This document shows positions 1 through 13,100 of a stretch of DNA of 64,000 nt, one piece after another. The notes beneath the pieces are model-generated. The model saw only the letters and a program-made list of their open reading frames with translations. It did not search any database and had not been told where the DNA came from. A program made the translations under genes and the position numbers. Each line of letters starts with the position of its first letter. Within the stretch, counting starts at the first letter, position 1. The stretch comes from Rhodosorus marinus CCMP1338 (taxonomy: Eukaryota; Plantae; Rhodophyta), in contig JAMWBK010000010.1 in assembly GCA_029953675.1 (NCBI GenBank), positions 992,001 through 1,056,000 on the forward strand, given 5' to 3'.

Positions 1-2269
1 CTAATCTAAGTCATCTAAAAACTCGTTTTTTTAATATCTCCAAAATAAAGGACATAATAGAATCAATAAAGACTAAATAATGATAGACGCTATCGCGTGC
101 AAGTTTCCCATATATCATACAAACCGCAGTACACTCCTACCGCCCCTCTCCCGGCTCCTTGCCGATCTTGTTAAATATTTTGTACTATCTTTGATGAATA
201 AATGCTCTGGTCCTCGTTCCAGAGAGAGAGAGGGCTTGTAATATTTGGAGTCAACTTCAGTATCAACTGCCATTAATTGAATTGGCGACCAAATTCCCTG
301 TTTCTCTGCGAAACAGAACATGCGTCGAAACTCGAGCAACTCCATTTCTTCATCGCTTCAAACAAAACAGGGTTCGAGCCAGAGGGCATTGAGGGTAGGA
401 AGATGATTGGCTACATACAATTTTATCACGTTAATATCTCGTATTTGTGTGATCGATTTCTTAGAGTTTTTCGTCGCTGTGTGGCTTGGTCGAGGACCTT
501 TATCGCAGAAAACCAGTCATAAATATAGCGAATTATGGGCTCAGCGTTTTATTGGCTTTGTGCACCTGGGGTGATGCTCCTTCAAGGGTGAGAGAACGGT
601 CAGGAATCTTATCCTGTTTGTTTTTTAGAAATTCTTTTGTAAGAGCAGATTGCTTGCTTTCGGCACGATGCGTCTCGCAGTCTCCAGCTGAACTGTATTT
701 TGCTCCCGGAGGGTGAGGGCAAATGCCCTCTAAAAGTTAAGACAAGCCTCGCCGTCGCAGAGAGAGGTCCTATACCTTTCAGACCGTCTTTCACTCTCTC
801 GACTTCGCCTCGGACACAACCAACGATCGCCCGAAAATACTTCTCTATTGAATTATGAATGAATCGTGTGGAGTACGGCATATTGACTGATAAGCAGTCG
901 AAATCCGGTTCTCTACTTGGAGCATTTTGTGTGATAACATCTCACGGAACAATGATTTAGAAATCCCTCTCAAGGCCACTACCCTCCAACTTTTTTTTGC
1001 TTACGCTCCCTGGCTACCTGGGGGGTGGCCGTAGGTCTTCTTGGAATGAACCCGGTTTGCTCTTTGTTGACTACTAATCAGTCAATAAAAAGTAATAAAC
1101 TCTCTCCAAGCTGGACAGGGGAACACTTGTTGGCCTGCTGCAGCCCCATTTCTATAGGGAAAAACTTCACTAGAAGTATTCCGTCCTCGGCCGTCCCGTT
1201 TTCTTCTTGAGTACTTCCAGTGTTTAGCGGGGAGGACAGGGAAAGGTGGTCAACAGTCAAGATTAGCGTTTGGCGAATGGATTCGATCTATCAAGTATAA
1301 ATGAATAATGATAATTTAACTTGCTCGCGGTTTTCTTACTGGCACTGAGAACCGCAGTAAATGTAATAATATTTCAAGCGGCTGTGCGTCCCCTGGTTTA
1401 CTGGTTTGCGGGCCTTGGTCTCGTGGAAAGGCCTTCGGCTAGTACTTCGTAGCGTTTAGTACAAACCAAGTGTTTTTTATCGTGAAAATAAAAAAATCCT
1501 ACATTTTGCATTTGGTGTATGAAGGACAATGCAATGTGACATCAGGAGCTCTCCTCCATAGGACAAGTAGTTCAAGACGGTCATCCCGCATCCATAAGCT
1601 TCTACTAGGATCCCCTTTTTGGATTGCTTTCATATGTGTAGTCGCCTTTTTTGTTTGACTGCGATGTGTAAACTTAATTGTGACACGCCCACGGACTGTT
1701 GATTGATTGAATTCTACAATCATTCGTTTGAGCAGAACTAAAAATATTTGACTTTTTTGAATTAGCTTAAGATGGTGATCGTTGAGGCGCGCAGGGTACA
1801 AAAATCCTAAGCATGAGCTCCCGGCCTGGTCGCTTACTCAAAATAACAAGTTCCAGGAGGCAGAAGAAGTGGCTGTGGCATTCCATTTCAGATTGATACG
1901 GAGCCACTAAAGAAATTGAAAAAGTTCGAAAAGTCAAATCCGTGTTTTAGGTGAAAAACCATATAACTTGAATAACTTCCACCGGGATCTGAAAAGGAAT
2001 TGTTCTTCAATGGAGATTGTTGTTGCAAGTTTCCACCATAGAGGCTCGTAGAGTCCTAACACTTATGAAGCCAAGCTCCGAAGCTGGTTTGTGAGTGGGT
2101 TCAGTCTAAATTAATTGGCGACCACTGGGGAAAGCTTAGTCCACAGATGGGCAGTACAATATAGTATTATATATCGGGCACGTACACAAAGAAATGCCCT
2201 TAATCCGAAATTCTTTTATTACAGCCGGGAAAAAGGACACGAAGCTCTAAGCTTCTCTTCCTTCGCCGG

Positions 2270-4790
2270 TTTCACACAGGGCTCCCTGCCAGGTATATGC
2301 CATTGAAAACAAAGCATGTCGTTTCTTCCGAGGAAAACATGTTTCCAGAGACTCGGAGTACGATGAGCGCCCGTTCTCGTGCATCGGTTCGATGATCTCC
2401 AATTATTTCGGCAAAAGGCTCTCTTGAGTCGTTTTTTCTAATTCGTTGAAATCTTGAGCACGCTTCCAAGAACATCTCAAAAAAGAGTAACCTGGAGGCT
2501 ACGGTATCAATAGTCACTACTACCCATGCCGGGCGAGGGATGCAGGGTGGGGCTGGTCTGTTAGCTGAATTCTAGGGACGATGAGAGCTGATTGCTTAGG
2601 GAAATGGCTTTACACGCGTTTTGCGGTAATTCCCTTAAAATCCGATCCGTTGCTCAAAATTACAGTCTACGCAACCTCGTGCCCATATTCTGGCCTTCTA
2701 GGTTAGCTGGATAGCCGTTGGCAATATGACAACGGTGTAGAGTTATAGACCAGCGCCATATGTGTCGGTTACTTGCTTGGTTTTGACGCTTCGCGCGCTT
2801 AGTCCATCCATTTTCCTGGAGCCACAAATCAACTTGACGCTAGTGATTTTACTCAATTATGGTGTACACGCTGGAAAGATTGAGATACTTTCCAGTGAAC
2901 GGCCTTCTTCCTACACTTGTTGTCCTCGAGCGTCTACGTTTAAGGTCCGGGTCTGTTGGTCAGCTTTCAGCTTCTCCGGGCTTGTTGTCTTTAAACAACG
3001 ATGATACTTGTTTCAAGATGGAAAGAACTCTTGGAGGTTGCATCTCGTTTTACTTATGACGTTTATCATAAATTTTGAATCCGGTGAATCCGATCGGGAC
3101 GCGCGAAAGCCACAAATGAACTTGGCATTTACCATGTGTGGCAGATTTCGTTGAAACTAGGTATGTAGGATCTGGACCTGAGACTTCCATCGCGAGATTA
3201 TTAGCACGACCGGAGTGTGGCCTTTACGATGACCGACATAAATGGGCGGAGTCGGTCCGGTTCACGGTCGTTATGGTGCGCCTTTGACTACTTTCTGTAG
3301 GGGAGCCAAAGAGCTTCGCGCATCGGGCCTACGTTGGTACGCAGATGCCTCTCGACCAAGGGCACATTGTCCTTCAAGCTTTAGAACCTTTATAATTGTT
3401 GATGGATCCCGTTTCGACAGAACTTTTTTATCCATTTGCCTTTTGTGGTCCCATCGACTGCGGGACTCTTTTCGATGGCAACAAGCGATCCACAAAGTTC
3501 CGTGCTCAATGCTCAGGCGTTCAACTAGAACCAATGCCCATTGTGGTGATAACCGTACAGCAGGGCACGGTTAGCATTTCCTCGTTAACAAATGGATCTC
3601 CTACTCGGGTAGACATACCCATTTGCTTGCGACTCCTATCCAGTGTTCAGGTCGAAAGTTACGCTGGGGGAGAGAACTAAGTTGGGCGACCAGATTTCTC
3701 AAGGAGCACTTAGGAAGAGCAGAGCGGACGATTGCCAGTTATCACTGTGTGTGGAGTTTCCTACCCCAGGAATCAGCGCGGGCTTTTATTTAAGATCCTT
3801 TCCATTGTTGGGATTGTTTCTGGCTGGAAGCAGTTGGGTAGTCCGAGAGCAATTTCCTAAGTCTTGCTGGGATCATCCCAATGGCTCGTTCTTGGATGCC
3901 ACTACTGCTGGGATTTGACGATGCCATTTCGTCCCATACAAGTCCTCCCCTTCACCTTCGGTAGCGTCTTGATCGTCTTACTCCATTGTCCATGTATGTG
4001 CTCCACGTGCTCCGGAAATAGCCTTTTTGTGTTCCCCTTTCTTGCGTAGCCCAACAAAAACAGCTGACCTGGTCAATAAACACCGCGACGTACGTCTTTT
4101 CCCTCATCCCGATGGGCAAGGGTCCTACGTCTGAGTGACATATTTCACCCGGAGTGGTGCTTCTTCTGAGGTGTCGCGTAACCGATTCCCTCTTTGTCTT
4201 TCCCAACTTGCGCGTCCCTCTCCTGGGTCCTTAAGAGCTTCGCCTTCACATTTTGCTCCCTCCTTGCTCATTCTTTGCAACGTTCTTGCCCTGGGTGTCC
4301 TATCCTGTGTACGGCCGTAGCCTTTATAGTTTTCACCAGTTTCATGCTAACTGTAGTTCGCGGGATTAGTGACAATGAGTTGCCCTTCTATGCAACGTTC
4401 AATCTTGACTGATTGGACCAGAGTCCTCTACTTCGCAGGACGCTAGTACTACCCAAACTCTAGATGGTGGGAATGCCGCTGCGCGTGGCCCACGGCGTCA
4501 TGCAGTACTCATCGCAACGAGAGAATGGTGCTGATTTCAGCCTTAGTTCCTGCGACAAGTGCCGATCACACTAGTCCTCCGAGGACTATGTTCGACGACT
4601 GTATTCGACGGCTAAGACTCTGAGAAGGAAGGTGGCTACCGATTTCAGGAAGCCCACCAGTACATCACAGCACCGGCAAACAATACGTCATTGACGTGCA
4701 CATCAATCATTTCATCTTTGTCCCTTATGGTGGAGCATTTGGACGGTTTGACCTAGTACAACCGTGTTTCTTGCTGAAGTTCTACAGCAT
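2270..4790 (-). mobile_element. Highly degenerate Ty1/copia LTR-retrotransposon pol remnants (pre-integrase, integrase, RT and RNase H fragments); no LTRs recognised
   Basis: Minus-strand translations: integrase GEICHSDVGPLP...VFIDQVSCFCW (ORF 3952-4206) and SSGIQERAIGMIPARLRKLLSD (~3830-3900); pre-integrase HRIGHPG (~4300); RT-like GVASKWV (~3600), VLSKRDPS (~3410) and IDVHVNDVLFAG (~4675-4710, a decayed YVDD); RNase H-like REALWL (~3300). Many stops and frameshifts. Confidence 0.8.
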
Positions 4791-6545
4791 GTTGAGCGCA
4801 AAGGTGAGGCTTTGAGTTCGGTGCGGGAAGCAATCAGTCGTAAGATATCGGGTGGTAATGCGCGGGTGGTAGCGAATGCGTGGGCACGCGATTCGTGTCC
4901 ACATAGTCGTTTTCCCTTGGATTCTGTTTACTATCCCTGAGAGGGGGGTCCTTACCTTTTCTGCTTATTTTAGATACGTTTAGCGACATAATCTGTGCTT
5001 CACCGAAGGTCCCTGAAGCTTTCCAGCTGGCTCGTCCACCAACCCTCGGGAAGCAGGAAACCTGCTCTCCATCAACGTAATGAATTTCAGTTGAATAATT
5101 TGGTTCCAAAGCGGAGTAGAATTTTCTTCATAATACAAATGTGCTTCGACATATATTTTTTGGGTTACGAAGAAGATCCGATTGCGGCATATTTGCATGA
5201 ATTTAGAAAATATTTGTCAAGCGGCAGGTCATCCATCCTGTATGCGGCTCACTCTTGAAGATTAGTACCGGATTGGGGCGTACGATAAGATTACTAATCA
5301 CTAACTTCGAGAGCATTCTGGATAAAATTCGATGGCTGAATTTTTCTCTTGAGCAAAGGGGCTTGTCCTAGGCTTTGATATCTCGATGGCAGGGTAAAAA
5401 CTATATACAAAGAAGTTTCTGTAAAATTCGTAGCTTGTACCCGTGGCTCAAAACCAGTATGATAAAGAGACGTGCTCATCGAGAAATTCGATGTGTTTAC
5501 ATTCAATCCAATGCTACCCCTCCCTTTCGTTGGGAATATAGGATCCTTAAAGACCGCATGGGGCCCCTCAGACGCTCATTTCTACATTGACGAGGAACCA
5601 GAGGAGGGGGATCAGCATTCTTTTTTACCACACCATCCATACTATACATGATCTCAAAAATATTTGAAAACTCTCGATCTAACCCTTTAACCGATATTAG
5701 CCGAACACATCAGAAACCCTCCCAGAGAGCCCCTTTTCCCCCCCTCGTCCCGAGTCTCTCCAAGCACGGTAGCCCCTGAAAAAATCCTAAAAAAGAAGAA
5801 TGCGTGATTGCGCAGAGAGATATCGACCGCTTGGTAAACTACCTTCAATGTCGGAGACTATCTTAGGGGTATATGAGTACAAACCAGAAAACTCCATAAC
5901 CTGAAATATATTTGAATTTAAACCCCCAAATGGGCTCCTAACCAGTTTGCTTGCTGATAATTGATCGAGATACTTTTTTTTTAAGAAAGGGCAGGGGTGC
6001 GGGTTGGGGGAAGAGAGTCGAAGGCTAATGCGGGGTTTTCTATCGAGAGGGGAGGATGGTGCCGGAGGATGAAGCCGGAGGGATGGGAAGCTTCGGGGAT
6101 GGTTCGTTAACAACATAGACTTGTTTCTTTCTCAGGTTGTGTCTACATTCTGGAGGTATACAAGGTAGCAGAGTACATGAAGGTGGAGCTGGGCCGGAAG
6201 CGGGACTGAAGAGGGGCTTCTTTTTTTCTTCTGTGTGGGACATATTGTGTTTGTCAGAGCTAGTTGTGGTTTTGCAAAGGCTTGACGGCCCTCGGTTAGG
6301 GTTTAACTTAGTTTTGGGGGGGGGGGTGGAGGTGGAGGTGGATTTTTTTTTGGCAGTGTGTGCTTTTTTGTTTTGAGTCGGCTCATCTTATGCTGCTGTG
6401 TATGTTTCAGTATATACTTCTGAAAGCATTTGGACCCGGGTTTTGAGGAGGGGTGTCCGCCGGCCGGGGAGGGGGTGGGGTGTGTTAGGAATTCAATTTC
6501 GGGAAGTGGGTGGCTGCGGGTCGGTGTCCGAGACGAGCTGTGGTT

Positions 6546-7991
6546 ATGTCGAAGTCAGCTGAACAGGCTGGTGGGGAGGAGAGTATAGATCAACCGCGGG
6601 GTCAGGAGGAGGGCAGTGTGGACGAGGATGTGGATTGGGCTGATGATTACGAGGATGATCGACCTGATCCAGGAGTTGAAGAAGAAGCAGTAGCCGGGAC
6701 AGAAGAGATCCCGGAAGCAGACGACTGGGCGGATTCGGAGCATGAGGATGAACCTAATCCTGTTCACGAACCCGCTGCAGAAACCGCCGAGGACAATGGT
6801 ACTTTAAATAAAGCAACTCAAGATACTAACAAAGCACTTGAAACGGTGACGATTGATGATTCCCCGGACGATGGAGGCAAAACTTCCGGAACAAATCCAG
6901 AGGTGAGTCAGCGCAACCTAGCAACCTGCTTGAGCTGCGTTGAGCACAATTCTCGTCGTTCCGTCGCTGACTGTCTCTGTTGTATAAATCTCCAAGGACC
7001 TGAGCGAGTCGTCAACAGACCCGTACTCCAAGGGAAATTCGAGGAGGGGAGGGCAAGGATCTCCGCATATGTCGAAACGTCAACAGAAACCTTTGATTCT
7101 GCACATCAGCAACTTCGCTCCAACTCCTGTACATATCGCGAAGCAGAACATATTGGCAATTCTCGGGAGTGTGCAATACAGCGGTATCCGCCCTTCAACA
7201 AACAAGGATGGACTGGTGAGTGGTCGTCCTTCAACCTTACGATAGTGTCTAGGTCCGTCGTACTGGAGTATTTGAGGTTTACATCGCGTAGTACCGCCCC
7301 TCGGCTTCCGAAGAGTTTGTCGGAGGCTTAAGCCACCGCTGCAAATGTTCTGTTTTTAGGCGAGAGCTCTATACATTGATGTTGCAGATGAAAAGGATAT
7401 GGAATCCGCTTTGCGGCTGGACGGTACAGATTTCCAAGGTCAAGGCCTCCGCATTAAGCAAGCAGATCCGCCGCAAACGAACAGAAAGTAGGTAACAAGC
7501 ATACGTCATCTATCTTCGAATATGGGATCCATCCCATAGGCGTCGCAGTTTCTGACCCTAGAGTGGCTCGCCTCGTACTAGGAACTGGGACGGGAAACGA
7601 TACGGTTCAAACGAGGGACGAGATAATTATCGTCGCGATTCAATCAGGTCTCAGAGTTCATTCCATGGGAAAAACAGCACAAGGCCTCCCCGGAGCACAA
7701 GGGGAGTAGATGGCGGTCGAGGAGTCGAGAAGTAAGGACTTCTTTGCAAATTCTAAAACGAAGGCTCCATATGTCCCTTGCACCACCCAAATTCTCATAA
7801 GCCGATTGTGTGTGATTCGTAGGTGGAATAGGAGGAACCCTTCTCGATCGCAGGACGACTTTATCCAAGTCGACGGTTACCAGTCTCCTGCAGCGAAGCA
7901 ATTGCAAGAACCGCCTAAGAAGGACCCCAATTTGGAGAGGCAAACCAGCAACACGTTCGCCTTACTGCTTCAGGAAGATGGAGATGAGTGA
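6546..7991 (+). CDS. Spliced RRM-domain protein with acidic N-terminus, possibly eIF4B-like
   Basis: Acidic N-terminus with DWADD/DDWAD motifs (ORF 6510-7331). An exon near 7360-7480 reads ALYIDVADEKDMESALRLDGTDFQGQGLRIKQA (second half of an RRM). The C-terminus is SNTFALLLQEDGDE*. The eIF4B label is inference from architecture. Confidence 0.6.
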
Positions 7992-8392
7992 ATCAGTCCT
8001 GGTTGAAGCTCCTAATCTGGCATCTGCTGAGGTTGGTGGCGGACGTACAAGCAGTGCACGTCGCAGAGCGACTCCACTTCAGTTCGTGAACAGAGCCGAT
8101 TACGTTTCAAGAGCTTCCAGCAGCACTGTTGAGCTACCGTATGCTACACTAGAAGAGGGTATTGTCCAAGTAGATAATGTACAGGAACGGCGAATGGGAC
8201 CAAAGACTACTGAATGATTTTCTGCTCACGAGGCAGTAAGTGACTTGTGCACCCAACCTTGTCGAGCGAGCAACGCTATGCTACTGCTTTGGTTTGTTCC
8301 AGGGGAAGATGGGATGCTAGGAGTCCCACAGCATGATAATCGAACAAAAAATAGTTGTTTAATTTTTGCAATATTAGAATACAGCCAGCTTG

Positions 8393-8779
8393 TTAATAGT
8401 CTTGAGAAGCAGAATCCTTCTCCTTCTTCTTCGGTGTAAGGACAGAGTGGATATTGGGCAGAACACCGCCTGCGGCAATGGTAACTCCACCTAGCAGCTT
8501 GTTGAGCTCCTCATCGTTCCTCACGGCGAGCTGGATATGTCTAGGAATAATTCGGCTCTTCTTATTATCTCGCGCGGCATTACCAGCAAGCTCCAGCACT
8601 TCTGCTGTCAAGTACTCCAAAACTGCAGCCAGGTACACGGGGGCTCCAGCTCCAACACGGTCAGCATACCCCCCCTTCCGCAGATGCCTGTGGATTCTTC
8701 CAACCGGGAACTGCAGACCAGCCTTCTTCGTCCTCGAAACTGCGCTCTTCTTCTTTCCTTCAGCCGCCTTCGGTGCCAT
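8393..8779 (-). CDS. H2AX: Histone H2A with H2A.X-type C-terminal SQDY motif; intronless
   Basis: 128-aa ORF with canonical H2A core ([46 protein letters not shown]) ending SASQDY*. Confidence 0.95.
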   Translation of the reverse strand: MAPKAAEGKKKSAVSRTKKAGLQFPVGRIHRHLRKGGYADRVGAGAPVYLAAVLEYLTAEVLELAGNAARDNKKSRIIPRHIQLAVRNDEELNKLLGGVTIAAGGVLPNIHSVLTPKKKEKDSASQDY

Positions 8780-9339
8780 CTTTCCTCAAAAAAAAAACAA
8801 AAAACACACACACAAAAAACAACAACTAAAAACAAAACGAAACAAAGCAAAACCGAATTGACCCTTCTCCAAAAAAAAAACACATAAACAACGAACAAAC
8901 CCTTCAACCTTACAACAAGCCTCCAGAAACCTCCCCACCCTCCTCTCCTCCCAACTCTTCTCTCACCAGTCCTTATATCCCAGATCAATCCCATTCATCG
9001 CAAGGCCATCGTCAAAGCTCTATCCATCAAAAAAAGACATCAAAACATACACAAAAGCAATAGTTCCGTTAATATTTTCCACTTTTGCTGAATGAGGCGA
9101 CATGTACTTGGTCAGCCAATCATATCGCTTAAAATCCCGCCAGTCGCCAAGAGATTACGAAAGTTAAGTTTTACGTAGTTTTTGAAAGCGAGTGGCTTAA
9201 GTTTTTCTAATTTAAAAATCCACATGGCGTAAAATTTTTTGATTTGTTTTTTTCGAGCGGTCGTTCCTATCCAAGTGGTAATGGATTGAAATTCAGTCAT
9301 TATTATTGACAATGAGGTCGTGAGCGGTTTTGGACAGTG

Positions 9340-10050
9340 TTGGCCTTTTTTGGATGAATCTGGGACCGTTTGGGTCAGATTGTGCTGAAATCGGCAGAGA
9401 TTTAGTGGTGGCGAGTTATGAGGCAACACTTCAAGAAGTTGAGGCATTGAATGGGACATGCCAATCCTCCACGCCTACGCCTCCAAGAGCTGATACAACT
9501 AGGAACGATTCAAGCGGGACATCACGATAATGGCAGAGACGGACGAGCTCAGTTCATGCAGTTCACGGTCGTCACGGAGCGCCTTTGAATACCTAGTATG
9601 GGCCGTCAATGATCTTCACGCATCGAGCCTTTGGTAAGTAGATGCCTCTCAGAGTGGATCTCGTCCCCGACATGAACCTCTCTCCCTCATGAGAACGGAA
9701 GGTGTGATGTTTTCGGCATTAATCGCTAACGGTTTACCTCATCCGCCATTGTCCAGCCGGTCTCGGACATAAACGTATTGATAAACTTCAAACGCAGTTT
9801 TGATGAGCAGGAGAGTCCATCGCTCAGAACATCGTTAGAATAGTTCGAATTTCCGTGCTTTTAGTGCTTAAAAAGAGTTTCGTGTCTCTCTCGCTTTCAA
9901 TGAGGGAAAGCGAGAAAACGTTCCTGTTTATTCTGCGGTCTTCTCGATTGCTGAACGAGTACGCTGCGGTTCGGCGAAGGTGGCATCCACCTTAGGCAAA
10001 GTGCTTACAACCCCGAGATTTCGCGCTGATTAGGTGCAGGGTTCCCCAGT
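9340..10050 (+). CDS. Putative multi-exon hypothetical gene with helix-hairpin-helix-like C-terminal pieces
   Basis: Exon-like segment ERFKRDITIMAETDELSSCSSRSSRSAFEYLVWAVNDLHASSL followed by a GTAAGT donor (~9633). An intron with CTAAC branch ends in ccag (~9756) before GLGHKRIDKLQTQF. The gene model is not resolved. Confidence 0.3.
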
Positions 10051-10178
10051 TGTATACAGTTTACGGATCGAGCCACAATGTCAAAAGCTCTTGCTAGGAC
10101 TCTGCCATGTTCTCATCGTTTCCTAGAGGAGCAACAAGACCCTGCGACACGAGACAAAGGGGAAAACGTTCCTCAGAC

Positions 10179-13100
10179 TTAGTGGGCGGCTTCAAAATTT
10201 CCCTGAGAAACTGGATGACCTACTGGAGTGCTCTTCAGCCTCTCCTGCTCTTCCTGTTGTTTCTTTTCTAATTCTGCCTTTCGCTCCTCTTCGAAGAGAT
10301 CAGTATTGTCCCCACTGCCGAACTCCTTCGTCTGAATCAGAAAATCTCGCAGATGACCCTTGAAGATCTTCGTGTTGCCCAAGCTTTCGAACATGTTTCT
10401 GACCACTGCCTGCACTTGCGCCCTCGTCAAGTTCGGAAATGCGGTTGTCAGCAGCGTCTCCATGTGGTACACAACGAACTGTCTGCTATTCGGCGGGTTT
10501 CCGCTGTTCGCAACCTCCTCAGGATTATCCGGGTTCCACATCGGCTCCGTTACCCTCCCTGCTGCAACCACTGACAACAGATGCATCAGAACCTGCGCTT
10601 GATACTTGAAGCCGGGTCTATGCAAGGTGTCGGTCAGTACACTCAGGATATCGTTGAGCACTAGCCTGAAACACATAGTATAAAAGTATGTCACGAACGC
10701 GCTCTTGTCCACATTTTCAAGCAGCTCTATAAGCAACATCAGCCCGGTCTCCGCGACATTGCGCTCCGTGTGCTTAAATGCCCACACGATTGCATTGATT
10801 ATCAGCTTAAAATCAGCCTCTGCAGCAGCAGGATTGTCGTCGAGGTTGAAGAATTCGTTGAAATTATACTGGTTTATGGCTCGGAGCAGCTTGAAAAAGT
10901 TGAGTCTTGCCTCGGGAAAGTCCTCAAAGTTGGTCTTGATCATCTCCAACGTGCACGCGAAAAGAGATTTGAAGATAAGCCTGACAGCACCCACGGGCAG
11001 TCCTTTCGAGAACTTTATGACTTGTGCGAAAAGGGAAAGGACTTCGGCATCTCTCGTTTCCGGAACCGAGTTGTAGTAGTCGCCAAGGATGGGTTCAGTC
11101 ATCGGCTCGATTAGCGTCTGCATAGTGACCTCCTTGTTACTCCCATCGTCATGGGCGTAGAAGGCCTCTAACAACCGAATAACCTCTTTCTTCACAGCCC
11201 GCATGCTCCTCGCATCTGCAGACCTGGTCATCACCGGGCCCATCGTCTTCACCATCTCGGAAAGCGCCTTCGAAAACGTTACGTACACGTTCAACATCTC
11301 CGGAAACATCCATTTCAACTGGACGTAAAAAGGCACGCCAAGCGATTTCGCTACCCGAGTATTCGTTTTCAAAATGTTGACAAGCTTCTTCCTAACCTCG
11401 CGGTCTTGGAATACCTCAGGGCCAACGCTTGCTTTGTAGATTATATCCTGCCATGTTTCATTTGGGAGCTTGAACAACTTCAGCACTTGCTGATTGCAGT
11501 TGTCCCAGTTAGTCGGCTCCGCAAGTATGCACCCGCAGGACTCGTAAAATGAATGTATCTGATGCGGTTCCAGCTTCTCGATGATCCCAGGGAGTCCCAA
11601 AATAATTTCGTCAATGAAGGGTCTGTTTTCACCCTGTTGCAGGGTGACAAACTTCTTCCGACACTTTTGAGCGATTTTCATGAACGTATCGCAGGCCATG
11701 TCCTAGTAACATTGTCGACAGAACGTTAGCATAATTGGGAGACGTTCAAAAAAGAACGAGCCTGAAAAGCATACCTGTACTCCAGGATGGGTCTCAAGCA
11801 TGAACTCAAACTGCTTGTTCACCACAGTCTTCAAAAACTTCCAATGGGCCCGGAGAAAGCGAGGGTATTGTCCCACGACGTACATGATGTTGCTCGCAAC
11901 AACTGCCTTGTTGTCTTTCCCCCTCACGATCTCACAAAGCTGTAGGAGCTCTTTGATCACGATGACGAGAAACTTTTTCTCCTGAGCTTCCGTCATAGCG
12001 CCAGAAATTGATCCCACAGCCCAGCATAGAGTGTTCAGGTTATGCCAAGACCATTCAGTTCGATCCATCTGTGCCGCAAGTTTCTTCAGCATAATCCTGT
12101 CTGTATCTTCGCTGTCCAAGTGTGTCAAGTACACCAGGATTTCTTTCATCGTTCTGTACAACGCGATGGTGTCTGTATCTTTCGATGTCTCGCGGACGAT
12201 CTCCCCGTTCTCATCCTCCACGATAAGAACCTCCTCGGGCTTGGCCATTCGGGAGATCATAACCCGTCGCAAATCTGAGCAAATTGGTGCGAACAATTCC
12301 TTTCGAGAAGTGCCTGGAGAGTGCACAGCAGACACCAGTTGCAAACCCGTCTGGACAACCCTGGTGGAGTAATACAAATCGTTGGAAAAGTTATGCCACC
12401 ACTCAACACACGCTTTGAAAACCTCCACATCGTTCACAGTCGAAATTTTCAACATATATTCCATTCCAGTCTGTGAGACAGAGCAACATGAAGCGGGCAA
12501 GCAACATTAGATCCTGCACTACACTGACCGATCCACCGGTTAATCAAGAGGGAAATCAAGTTACCTTCATCCCGGCGATGTGATCCGCATCTCCGGATTC
12601 CAAGATCTGCAGATGTCCCTTAAAGAAGCCGTTGAAGAAAAGAGCCAAGTCCATCACAAAAGCTTGAGTATCATCATCAGCTTCCTCGTAGGCACTGGCA
12701 ATATCCGTCGTCACTGGTACGATGTTGGAGAGCTGACTTATAAATAGCATGTAGAGCGTGGAAAACCGATTGTCATAGAGACCTCCCACAGCAAGGGAGC
12801 CAATCTCTACAAGGCACTTCAAAGATGGGCTTCGAAGAGCCGCCACGCTTAAATAAGATGTTAATGTCTCTATTAGTTCTGTTTCGAAAATGTAGCCGAG
12901 CGGAATCCAGACAAGAAACTTCTCCAAAGTTTGCAGCGTTGAAACCAGAAGTGACGGTTTGGACTCTGAGAGGCTTGCTGACTGACTGAAGACGAACTGG
13001 CAGAGCTCGAAAACTTGAGAAAACTCGTCGTTGAACTGGTTTTTCAAATGGATCGTTTTCTCTTGTGTCATCTGGCCCGAGGAAAACTGAAAGACCTCTT

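Noticed and set aside
740-800. IS110/HhH-like LKGIGPLSA in minus ORF 609-881
   Set aside because: A single short motif with no transposase catalytic domain or element ends.
1110-1300. USP Cys-box-like GNTC fragment
   Set aside because: A four-residue match followed by a stop, with no His box or other support.
4570-4650. Plus-strand copia gag-like peptide SSEDYVRRLYSTAKTLRRK
   Set aside because: The minus strand of the same stretch continues the RT fragment in the orientation of all other copia pieces, so the plus reading is probably coincidental.
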